From: Lophium mytilinum
Lineage: Eukaryota
Direction of reading: 5' to 3'
Length of the DNA: 64,000 bases
Assembly: GCA_010093605.1 (NCBI GenBank)
Contig: MU004201.1
Coordinates: 342,289-406,288 of the forward strand
Numbering within the stretch: the stretch's first letter is position 1; every line of letters starts with the position of its first letter. This document shows, piece by piece, positions 12,017 through 23,529 of the stretch. The position numbers and the translations under genes were made by a program. The notes beneath the pieces were generated by a model. That model was not told where the DNA came from and did not search any database. It saw nothing but the letters and a program-made list of their open reading frames with translations.

Positions 12017-14239
12017 TTACTTGCTAACGTCCGTGTCTTCTTGGATGTTACTTGCAAACGCAAGCGTTGGTCTTATGGCTTTTATGCTATTGCGCATATT
12101 GATATGCGTCAAGAGAAGGACGCTGGGGTGTAGATTTAGTGGCATGGGTAAGCATCCGAGTATGCATTCGCTGAGCTGTGAAGCATTAGCAGGCGCCGAC
12201 AAGATAGAATGGGTATTACCTGCCCCACTCCGATTATTTCGAACCAATCTTCGAGACGGAGATGATCGATAACTCTTTAGCAGTGTATGAAGGGCAGATC
12301 TAGACGAGTTGATTAAGATCGTTTTGTTGGGGTTAATAGAACCTTCTAATAGTTCGCCACCAGCCAAGTCAACCAGGTTAAGGTGTGGTGGCCTAGTCAC
12401 CCCTCCGCTTCCAGCTCTTTACTTAATACCCTGTACTGCTATTTCAATCTTTATGTGGCTTCTCGACGACTTCATGTTATAGCTGGTTCTGCCTTTCTTT
12501 CGGTAGGAACTTGCATAGGCGAGAAGGCAACCGAGGGCTTCTATATCTGAGACGACATAGTAGGGCAGTGTTTTACGCCGGCCAGATTCAGCATTTTTCA
12601 ATTCTAAGCCGTGCTGACTAGAAAGTCCTCCGCAGGCGATGGCATGGCCGTTTTCTCCTCTCCAAAGATTTCTGTGCACCCAACAGCAAGAGATACAGTC
12701 TCGGGATGTCTAAAGAATCTACGGCCAGCTTCAATTGCAATTGGATTTTCCCGGGTGAATATAGTTAATGACTTTCCGCTGCCACTATATCCATCGGCGA
12801 TGATATAGGCGTTATAGCCAAGCAACACGGTGTCAATTAGGTACCTAGTAGCGAAATTGATATCGCTGTTCTTTTCGTTCTACTTGAAGACATAGTTAAA
12901 ACAGTACGTTTAGCTATTCAATACGATAAGGGCGTTCGCATTGCAAGTGTAATCCGATGTATATTGTCGACGGTAATAGTGTATCCTTCGTTCCCATAGG
13001 TCTTAGCTTTACTACCTTTAGCGTCGGGTGGGATCTCGTCGTCTATTATCTGGCCCATTACTAGCATTCGATTAGTCCTTACGCCGAAGAGAGAAGCCAT
13101 GGCGCGACTAGTCTTTTCTTCCGCTACTGTGGGAGAGGCTTTTGTACTTTCGCACTCGTTTTCCTTTGCAAGTAGCTGCTCTGACGTCTCCGAGTGTTTA
13201 ACCCGCTCATTCTGCAAATCTCAATAGGCTCCTTGCTTGTCGCAATACTATTCTGCAATTATTCTTTCAGTCTTGCCACTTCTTTTCTCTCACTGTTCAG
13301 CTCTGCAGACAATTGAGATTTTGCTTTGTCTTTACTCTGCATCTCCCCCCCAAGCGCTACGATGGTGACATCTCTCTCGAATAACTGTTAAGTAATGGAG
13401 CTGTGATCCTTCTTTATTGTTTCCAAATTCCGAGAGACAAATTCGTACTGGGACTTTGCCATTCTCAGATTCGCCTCTAAGGTTTGTAGCTCGGTTCGGT
13501 ACTGCCTCACTTAGGTTTTAAGGTTCCTATTCTTTGTACTCCCGTCGCCTAGACCCCGGCTGGAACCGTTGCTATCACAAAAGCCTCGTTTTTGCTCCCT
13601 CCCAGCTTCCAGCTTATTAATCTTTGCCTGTTTCTCTCTTACAGTTTCTTCTAGGCTTCCGGTTCGATCATCGAGGTTCCGCACGGTTCTTCCCTTATTA
13701 ATTGCCAGTTCGGTAATCTCCTTATATTTCAGTTGGAGCTCCGCAATCCAAGCCTCGCACAGTTCGCAGTAGAGCTCGCTTTCGGGTAACGCGGGCGGCT
13801 GTCGATGGTTGGCCTCCACTGGAGCCGCTATTGGAGATGTCGTAATAACGGAGGCATAGTTATTTGCATTTGCGATCATGTCTAATTGCAAACTATCCGT
13901 AAATTCTCCACCGACAAGCGGTTGCAGTAATGGAGCTCTTATACTGCAATCTTAGGTTAGCAAAAGGTTTATCTCAATGTGCGGTCCTTATCGTTGTAGC
14001 CCCAGAGCTAAGAAGATGAGTTACCTCTTTACCGCTAGGATGCATCTTGAGATTACGGTAAGTAACGCAGGGAGGACGATGATCACGTGGGTGTTCCAAA
14101 TTACGATCGTTTCTCTAGCTTCACTTTCTAGGAGTTCTGATCGATCTAGAACGAGCAAAACTGCTATATCCAAAACCGTGACGAGTATGTAGAAAGCCAA
14201 GGCCTCTAAAAAGGTCTTAAGAATGTAGGTGAAAAGCAT
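12017..14239 (-). pseudogene. Kinesin with C-terminal motor (kinesin-14-like layout), coiled-coil stalk and hydrophobic N-terminal exon
   Basis: Motifs in order: YCFNYVF..N.D, VLLGYNAYIIADGYSGSGKS (P-loop), GCTEIFGE, RTSYNMKSSRSH (switch I), LNLVDLAGGE (switch II), INSSRSAL, PTLAFA. Heptad-rich stalk at ~13100-13800. Intron 13944-14024 (GTAACT..GCTAAC..CAG) splices the upstream exon in frame. Several RIP stops and frameshifts. Confidence 0.85.
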
Positions 14240-15269
14240 TAGAGAGTAATGGCTAATAACGCGAATCTGAGGTCGATTAGGATTAGCGGGCCTTGCTCCT
14301 CGACAGGGTACTGATGACGGGTGCTTACGCTTTCTGTAGCTGATTCCCCGAAAGTGATTGTAATAGTCAAAGAAGTAAGTTAGATAAGGGGTAGGACACT
14401 GTGATAATCTAAATCTGCAGAATAGCACTGAAACATAATTTACAAAATCTCATTCGCGGGGAGACTAGCCGCGTCGCTCCGGATCCGAGTTGGGGGAGTG
14501 TCTTGGAACAAGAAGCGCTTAACTGCAGCAGGGACTACTCTGGCACATAGACAATGGTTCTAAATTACCCGCGGTGTCGAGAACGAACGTTTCTTGCTGC
14601 TTTGCTATTAATGCACAACGCCGACTAATTTATCCTTTTATCCTTTAGTCTCATCGCCACCTTTACACTACCATGCACGCCAAGAGAAGTAGAGGCAGAA
14701 AGATGATTATGTACGTATTGCACACTTGGAATGTCTCAGCCGCATTGCCATGCAGCTAATCAGTCTCTTATAGAATAAAGACGAAGATGACGTTAAAGAA
14801 CTAAACCCCTATACAGTATAATATCAAGCCCAATATGAGTTCCATCGCGTAGTCTTCGAGGGCATGAGGCCACTAGTAAGAATTGTCGAAGAGATGGGCC
14901 ATAGTAAGCGTGTAGTTGAAAGGACTTATAGTGGGATGGCGTTGGCGGCGGTTACAAAAGGTGGGAGGATTAACTCTAGACCGGCGATCCTGGTTATATC
15001 GGTCATCTAAATTGTAATTATTTAGAGCAAGATGTTTGTCCGGAAGAGAATAGATTAGAAGCGTCATTTCTAGACTGGAACCATATCTACTCAGTTCCAG
15101 GAGCGGTTCTCTCGGACGCCGCTTAATCCATAATGGCGGTGTCTCACACAGCCAGTGTAGATAACGCCCTGTCTGTCATTGTAGTATCCTAGCTTTCTTT
15201 CAGGTAAGAAATTAAGAATATAAAAGAAGTCTAAAAAAGTTCCTAAGAAAAAACGTTAATTACGGATAG

Positions 15270-16210
15270 GATTATCTAGTGTACCGTCTAGGTGCTAAAC
15301 CACAGGACTATGGCTAGGACCAAGAATCATCGTACCCTTTTCCGCCTCTTAGGAGATCCAGAGATACTAGAAGCAGCGCTCGACTAGCCCGTTAAGGGTT
15401 TAAGCGAGGAAGGGAAAGATGGACTACGGCGACTCGATGTTCACTTCAACGGAAAGAAGAGCTCACTGCGTAGAGCTGGGGGCTCTCAGAACAGGGTTAG
15501 AAAGTCTGGCGGAGGCCGGAACGATGGTCCACGAAGTCCGTTTGCCCGATTTCTGCGGCTTACCTTACTTACTATCCCACTAGAGGTTTACGAGTACGTG
15601 GGCAAGCACGGTATAGATCCGCAACCTTTCCTTAATCGTGAAGGAATGCGGCATAGCATAGGTGCTTGGTCTGGGGCCCAATCTAGAGATGCATTTATTG
15701 CATGCTACTATTACACCATGACCCTTAAGGGGGAGATGGAGAGCGACCATGTGCGATGGCTATTCTATATGCTGCTATACTACGATATTATGCAGCTCGT
15801 TAGGCTAGGGAGCACTGGTCGCCGAATGGGCCTTATTATGCTTAAGGACATACAAACTTTCCTAGAGCCACTTGTCGGCCAAAACTCGTCCATCAACATC
15901 CATGTTGCTGCCAGATAGCTCTAGCATTGGTGCGTATGGGGCACGAAGATAAATATACTCTGCTCCGTGTTTGGCGCAGGCTGCATCTTCGCCTTGGCCG
16001 AATATCTTTCCCAAGACTTCCTCAAGACAAAGATTAGGGAGTCGGGTCGACACTATAACGAGGCAATGGGTTACCTTCGAGAAAATCTGCATATGGAATC
16101 GGTACTATTGCAGAGTAGAGCGGACCAGCTTAGGGAGAGACTTTGAGATCGCCTGCTTAGGCCCTTTAAGGAAGCCGTAGAGGCGGCCGCAGCTGCGGCG
16201 AAGGCTAAAT
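15270..16210 (+). pseudogene. Degenerate hypothetical gene
   Basis: Protein-like ORFs 15598-15918 and 15971-16180 flanked by TAG-interrupted frames. Confidence 0.3.
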
Positions 16211-17199
16211 AGGGCATGGCAGGACTACATTGCGTTAATAGCCGCTGGCTGCGGAGGCGAACGCGAAGTTTAGGAGGATAAAGAGGACTAGGGCCTAGCT
16301 GAATCCGCATAAACTTCTAAGCAACACCATGTGAATAAAAACCTTAATACCCCCCGTTGTTAATCATCTGCGAATTTTCCAATAATGTGTCGCTGCACGC
16401 GCAACAGGTCGGATGTTACGACGTCGCTATGCTTGATGGTCCATAGTTATATAAATTGCATGCGCGCTAGTAGATCTTATGGAAACGTCTAGGTAGTATA
16501 GAATCTGCCGTAATGGTTGCTATATAAAGATGCTAGAGGTGGGGCGCAAAACTTTGTATCCCGGAGTATTTCTTAGTTGAGCTCGTGACACTATTAAAAG
16601 TCACCACCTGCGAGCCTCTAGAAGCGCTTAGTCTGTTCCAGCCATAGGAACTTATACACTCTCCTATAGACTATTTAAAATTCTCGTTATTAACCTCTGG
16701 AGCCTACTGATATTCTAATCCACGTAAAAATTATACAGCCCTTAGCCCGGCCTATTACCTTGTTTTAATGTCCCAGAGCACCATTAAGTTTACCGCTTTC
16801 TTTTTCGTATCATGATTCGACTGAGTTCGTCTCAGCTAGACTCTCCTCATCCAAAATCCTCTCACCTGGGGTTCTCGCCACCTGACTCTATGGTAATTAC
16901 AACCCCCCTAGAGAGCTAGGCCTTAGGTTACCCTTGCGGTCAGCTTAGCGTGTTCCGCATGTTATTTAATATTCCACGCTCCTATCTTTACGCGCGTCCC
17001 ATAGACTGCAACGCCTCTCTTAACTGCAAGTACCATCTAAAAAAAATCTGAATTTGAAATGCTACCCGAATAGTGTTTTGTTACAATAAGATGTAACTAT
17101 GCTCGTGTATAGCGAGCTTTATCAAGATAGTAGAATACAACACGAGCGCTTTATCAACCTGTACCTCTATTAAATCTCACCAACAAGGCCATTGCACTT

Positions 17200-18275
17200 T
17201 TATTCTGTCAAGTCTACATCTTCGTTACTTGAACTTGCTTTCTGAGATCCAGCACGGCTATTTTGACCCTTGGAACCTCCACGACCTAGCACTCGTAAAC
17301 CGCACCTCGAGCTGGCATTGGTAAACTTAAAAATGGTACCTGTACTCAGCGGTATCCTAAGTTTAATGCCGAGCTCAGGCGACATGCACCGGGGTAAGCC
17401 TGCGCAAAACTTCTCTGCAGAGTAGCTCGCGGGCATATAAGCGCAAGTGCTAACGATCATGTTATATAGAGCGTCTATATCGATCCGCGCATATCGTGCG
17501 AGGCCTTCTGGATGGTTTCCTTTAAAAAGACCTTTCGTCGTCCTTAATTGCTCCCGGTCCTTCTTCGGTTTCTTCTTATTCCAACCAATAGCTTCCCGTA
17601 GGGCTGTAGTCTCCATGGCGTACAAGGTTAAAGGTGTAGCTATAATAACAAGCTGCTCCGAGGTCGTCTTAAAGACTAGTTGCACCTTGCTATGTATATA
17701 TTGGATCCCGTAGAGGGAGACATTGCCAGGTAAGAGTGCTATTAAACTATCGCATCGCATGTACCGTAATCGGGGAGATTATTTATAATAAGAGGCTTGC
17801 TTAGCAGCGGTCCGCGCATACTATATGTAGAGGAGGTTCGGCAAATTCAATCTATAATTATAGATAATTAACCTTATGCACAATAAGTTAAAGGATATAA
17901 AACGAGCTTACTTAGGATTAGGAAGCTTTCTTAATGCCGGCATTAATGCTTCACTTAAGGAAAATCCGCCGTTCGTGCTGATGGCCATGTCTTTGTCTGT
18001 CACTTTCACCTAAGGTTCTTGGAGCATTCTCTAGCAGGTCCAAGTACGAACATGGAAGAAGAAGCCATATCCTCGCATTGCTGAAATATCGTTCAGCGCT
18101 AATGCTGCAATCTCGTTACTGAGTAGATCGCGATCGTAGCCCCAATTATCCCTGTCTTTAACTTGCTGTGAGATGAAGTCGACATAAGTTTGCTTTTTGA
18201 AGTCGTGAGATGCCGGTAGTCTTCTCAAGTAGTGGTCTTTGTTGGACAGGTTTTACTTATTCTTCGTTGTAGCCA
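17200..18275 (-). pseudogene. Two-exon hypothetical gene
   Basis: ORFs 18031-18228 and 17200-17760, with a GTAAGC donor near 17910 and RIP stops. Confidence 0.4.
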
Positions 18276-18532
18276 TGTGCGCAGATTGAAAAGTAATATA
18301 AATATATACTGGTGATGTTAAGAGATATTGCTTTAAGCGCGGTAAATCTTACGGCCTAGTTAGTGAATTAGAGAGTTGCATGGCACACGCGACCAGGAGA
18401 TTTTTAACCTGCTTCCTTCCGCCCTAGTCGTATAAGTAACAGCCTTATTGCTGCTTCATTCCCATTACTTATGTCACAAGCACTTATTTCGCTCCTCTCT
18501 CGTTTACTAAGCGCTACTTACGCAGCACGGCC

Positions 18533-19444
18533 ATGGCTGCCAGTCATGCTACCGATAGAGATTTCATCCGCTAAATGAACGACATTAAGCGACAAGACTG
18601 CCCTAACCAAGCTTTGCGACTTTAGACTCTGTGTGAGATCTTTTAGGAACGTCTTTATCGTGACAACGACGACACTTCGCTCGAGCCTATTGAAGTGTTC
18701 ATCCGCCTTCTACAAGATAAAGACAGCTATGCGCTCGCGATGCTTGTAATTCTAGACTTTTGGATACTATAAAAGTTGCAGCATCCGATTAAGCACGTAT
18801 AGAGGGTCATGAAGGGAATAATAGACGTTTAAAATAGAGTTCTCTCATTCGCAGACTGCAACTTTAAGACGGCGCTCAATTAGGAGGAGATAATAGAATT
18901 TACGGAGCAAGATATCTTTTGCGCAGGAGTCCTTCTTTACGATAAGGGTTACCTTAACCCTGACCAAGCCAAGCAAGTTCGCGACTGGCTGGCAGCTCGC
19001 CCGAAGTTTGAGTAGCATCGCGTAATGTGCCGGGTGAGGTGTGCCTGCGCATCTTTAGATGTCCTGTTAAGAGCCCGTCAATACGCAATACGGGGTAGTA
19101 ATAGAGAATGGTTCTAGACTATAAGGGTGACGAGCAAGTTAACGGAAGGAAAGAATAGGCTCTATACCTAACGTGACTGCTTAAGGTTAACAGTCGACAA
19201 CGACAGCCTCTCGATCGACACAACCGATATTGAGAGAGTTTTCCGGTTAGCATTCGCTCGGTTTCTTCACTCTTAGACAGCAACGACGTTTAGAGTTAAC
19301 ACCCTACCCTTACACCTTCCTGTTAAGAATTAAGGAACAGCAGGCAGGCACGATGAGTTTATACGACGGTCAACGCTGTTTAGCTATCTAACTACGCTTA
19401 CCGGACGTGGGTTCTCGGTATGCAGGACAAAAGCTGCCGAGTAA
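18533..19444 (+). pseudogene. Intronless ~300-aa hypothetical gene destroyed by RIP stops
   Basis: ATG 18533 (MAASHATDRDFIR) to TAA 19444 is 912 nt in one frame, with about a dozen internal stops, all TAA/TAG. Confidence 0.6.
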
Positions 19445-19612
19445 TTAACTACATATGAAGGGGACAACATTTCACCTGTTTGTGGCACAAGATAAAGAAA
19501 GGGAAAGATAGGCTTAATTTATTTAGCAATGCCATCCGTTGGGCCATTAACCATGAACTGTGCTGAAATCTGGACGATTACACCGCCGCCGCTACTGTTG
19601 GTAGTTGGGCTC

Positions 19613-20040
19613 CTAGAAGAGCCTGTCCTCCCAATCCTTAATTTCCGCTTCCCACGCTTTGTTGTCCTCTTCAGTTCTGCGAATGTCGTCGCGAAGACTA
19701 ACCCGCTCATTTATAAGCCTGTCGATATTCCCCGCATCGCGAACCCGTTTCTCTTCTGTCCGCCCGCTGCATCTCCAGTGACGCCTAACAGCCTCGACCT
19801 CCTCTCGTGTCTTCTCGACCTCAAAGTGCAATTCGGAGAGGACTATTGTCCTCCGCAGTCTCTCCTCTGTGATGGTTAGAGGCATTGGTCTAGTGGACGG
19901 GGATACAAGTAGGCCGAAGCGGTAGGTGATGCAGACGCGTAAGATTTCGGTGAATTATGAGCGTGATCCGGATTACAGGGGTGGGGCGAGTGGGGGAGGA
20001 GGGGAGAGTGATTGGAGGGAGAGCGTAATGGTATGGCGAT
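19613..20040 (-). pseudogene. Pro-rich / coiled-coil hypothetical protein
   Basis: ORF 19613-19885 is Glu/Arg-rich and helical, with a Pro-rich upstream extension. Confidence 0.4.
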
Positions 20041-20982
20041 GGTATAGAATATCTCTAGTTGGTTTTGTTTATTGAGAGATTAGACGTCTAAATGTGTGGA
20101 TATGGTTGGGTAGAATAGAAAGCCTGGGGGCATAAGGATATATAGTTTTATCTTTTGGTTTGTCCATCGCTAGAATACTCTTTTCCATTTCTTTCGATTT
20201 CGGAACCAAACGAAACAAACTTGAAGGAGCCGCCTTGACGATTCTAAGAATGCCATAGGTCGACCGCGTCAGCACCCGCACTTCCACTCTTTCCGCAAAC
20301 TTCCATCTCTTTGACTGCCACTCACTTAAATGCGGTATTATTTATCTTTCGAATCAGGGACGGGAAGAGTTGAAGAAGAGGGAATTTGAAGAATATGAGT
20401 AATTAAAGGCCGCAACTGAGATGCTTTGTGGGCTATTCGTTGAGCGGAAGTTATTTGTAGCTTTCAATGCCCTCGTGGTTATAATAGTTTAGCTAACTGC
20501 GCATAGCGCATAGCGGCCCTGGCGAGTATAGAACTATTCTACACGTGATTTATTAATCTTGGCAACAGGCGGACGCGCCAGAATTAAATTTCTCAGCCAG
20601 TCCTCTATTAGTGGATGTGAGTCCGAAGTCGCCTGGCTACCAGGCCATACCGGCCAGCTAATTCACTATTAAAGTATTCTTAAGCTTTGCATTGAATATA
20701 AAGGCGAAGAAAGACTGCGCTTAATCTTTTCTAAAATGTTCCAAGCCTTGAACATAATTATGAACGCCAAAAGCTTTATGGAATGCGTAAGAAGATAATT
20801 CACACTTGTGACAAGCAGCGGAACACAGACATAGAATATAGAATGAATCCATCTCCTATATCTATGTCGTTCTATGGAAACTAGCCAGATAAAGTAAAGC
20901 TGTAATTACTAAACAGCTTATAAGTATAGGATATACTCTAACTAGCCTAATCTTGTTCTGCACCTCTGACACAGACATTAAA

Positions 20983-21780
20983 ATGCTAAATCTAGCCCGC
21001 CTCGCACACTTCTACGAATGTGTCTAAATCGAGCCTGGGAAGATTCTTATCGCCGGTGGCACTAACAAAGAGCTAAACAAAGCAGTGCTCTAATTACTAG
21101 ATAATCTCTCCTTTGCCTACATTATTAGAGAAAGAGACCCCGATCTCACCAACGCCCTCTTTATCAAGCCAAGCGAGACACAGGATAGAGATACTAAAGC
21201 TCTACTCTCAGGCGACCTTCAAAAACCCGGGGTTGATCTTGTGCTCTGTCTCGGCTGCCCGGAGCTTATTAGTGCAACCCACGTCAAATCATCTTTTTAT
21301 ATGTGGGAGGGGTACCTTCGCTTTAGCGGCAGAATCGTAATCTAGTTGTATTAGCAAGGTCGGGATGAGTCTATGCGCTCAGTGGCTAGGCGTTATGATA
21401 TTCCTGCGCAAGAATCAGGCCTCAAGCTCGTCGCCATTAACGGTATCGAGTACGATGAAGACTTTCTTCCGGTATATGGAGCAAGATCTAAAACGCCGTG
21501 GGTGCATTTCCAAGCAATGCGCCTTCGGGTAAAAGATATTGAGAGCAAGGCGGACGCGGACGTGGTGGAGTGGATGCAAACAGACATCTTAGATATAAAG
21601 AAAGACTAGGAAACCGCTCAAAAGTACTACCGCAAGATTACTTCGGCATCTTCTAACCAGAATTAAGTGCAGGAAGCGCTTGAGCCAGGGCTTGTCATCA
21701 TGAATAATTACTGCGATTTAGAGGAAATTCTCTATAGCATATTTTATCGGGGATAGAGGATATATAGCTACCATTTAAAA
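20983..21780 (+). pseudogene. Possible class I SAM-dependent methyltransferase-like protein
   Basis: Single frame from ATG 20983 continuing into ORF 21373-21609. IEPGKILIAGGT (motif I-like), GVDLVLC and YLRFSGRIVI (LKPGG-like) occur in the canonical order. Confidence 0.4.
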
Positions 21781-21799
21781 ATAGTGGTTTGCAACTAAT

Positions 21800-23310
21800 A
21801 ATTATTGAACTGTGTACTGACTATGGATTTCCAAAACTTCGAGATCTGTTAGTTAGACAGCCTAACCTCACAGCTTCTGGCCATTCCTTGTGGTGGCCCC
21901 CTTCCCTTCTATTTCCCTTCTGCTGCCTTCCACAAATGATCGCAGCGTTATAAATGGCATCTCCACTCAGACATTCTAATTCTATGTTATACCGTTATTT
22001 AAACTCTTTAATCTACGTTGAAATGCTTTAAATTATTATCCCACGTCTATAGTACCTGCCAAATTAGCAAGAAGGTCTTTAACGTCTCGCACTAGGGATT
22101 TATGGGCGCGACTGTTTCCTATAGCCTCCGCACTCATGGGAATAAGTGAGACCGTAAGTTGGCGGTCGTTGCTAACCCTTGGATGGGGGGTGCAGTCGGA
22201 CAAGTTGCAGTAATGGTTGCTGGGGGCGTAGCCGGAGGGCTAGTTAGGAAAAAAATACTCTTCCGAGGCATGATTGGATGATTGTCGGGACTTAATGCAT
22301 TATTACTGAATAGAAAGAGACGTTATTTCCAAGGTAAGTGCTTTTTTATCTTAGACCGGGAATAATACCCTATAATAGGGGAGACTAATATAATAGGTCT
22401 TCTTAGCAGCTCCTAGCCACATGGCGATTTCATCATGGAGAAAAAAGTTAGTTCTAATTACTACTATAGTATCCAACAACTTCTCGGTTAGTAAGAGTAA
22501 TATGGGCGAAGTAAATCGCTTTACACAACCTCGATATGCGTCCTCCTGTCGTGTCATCCTCTCGAAAACCCCGAGCTGGCTGCGCTGCGAGATGAAGTTC
22601 GCTATCAAAGCTCCGCAGCCCTAACGCCTGACAAAGGTCGAGTGTTTTAAGCGACGGGGACTTTGTAAATTAATTAAGTTTTGTATTGCGGAAGACTATG
22701 GGCACTGGGTTGCCTCGGGTTAGTATGCGGTATAATTTAGACAATCGAGGAGCGTAGTACACACCTATCGATACACTAATAGCTAGTGCCAGTGTAACAC
22801 CTCTAACAACAACACCTTAAAGCTGATGTAACGGACGGCATGCATAAGGTCTATCGTCTCCAACTTCTTGATATTTCCATTTTCGGCATAGCTAACCATT
22901 GCGCGTAGTACCTAAACAGTACCGTGGATAACTCTAAGGAGTCGGTTTTATGTTTAGGTTGCTTGCTTCCATATAAGGAGGGCGCTCATTTTCGACGGGT
23001 AAGAGGGTGTCGCTAGTTCTAATATTGCTCCGCGGTAAAGGTGTTCTAGCATACTCTAAGTTGATGTCTCTAGCAGTTATCCGGTCTCCTATGCGGCATA
23101 TAGAGTTAAATAGGACCGACCAGAGCTTTATAAGCTTTTCAACGGCAGGGACGCCGTATGTAGCTAACATGTCGCGCGTAATGTGCTAGAGTAAAGAAAG
23201 AGGCGGGCCTAATAACTATTCTAGGTTCCGGCAGATAGTGAACAAGGTGTCTAAGACCGTGTTAGAGGAACAGGCGACGATCAGCAAGCTGGCTGCATAG
23301 ATAAACATGT
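21800..23310 (-). pseudogene. Degenerate hypothetical gene(s)
   Basis: ORFs 22934-23170 and 22351-22608 with read-through; contains CLGTTRNG*LCRKW. Confidence 0.3.
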
Positions 23311-23529
23311 GAAGTATTAAAGTTATGCGACTAGCTGTGGTGATTATGCAAGCAAAGGAAACAGAAATAAAAGTTGAGGGTCTTAAGCTCTATAAACACG
23401 ATAATGCGAGTGTATGTACGCTGCTTATAGAATAATCTTAATACTCGCTTAAGATATGCCTAATCCGGTTCGATTAACGCTATACTAGAAATAGCGAGAA
23501 GAGCATCTAAATATTACACACCGTACACT

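Noticed and set aside
22351..22608. Possible Ulp1 protease (VLFPV)
   Set aside because: No His-Trp, Asp or Cys catalytic motifs follow.
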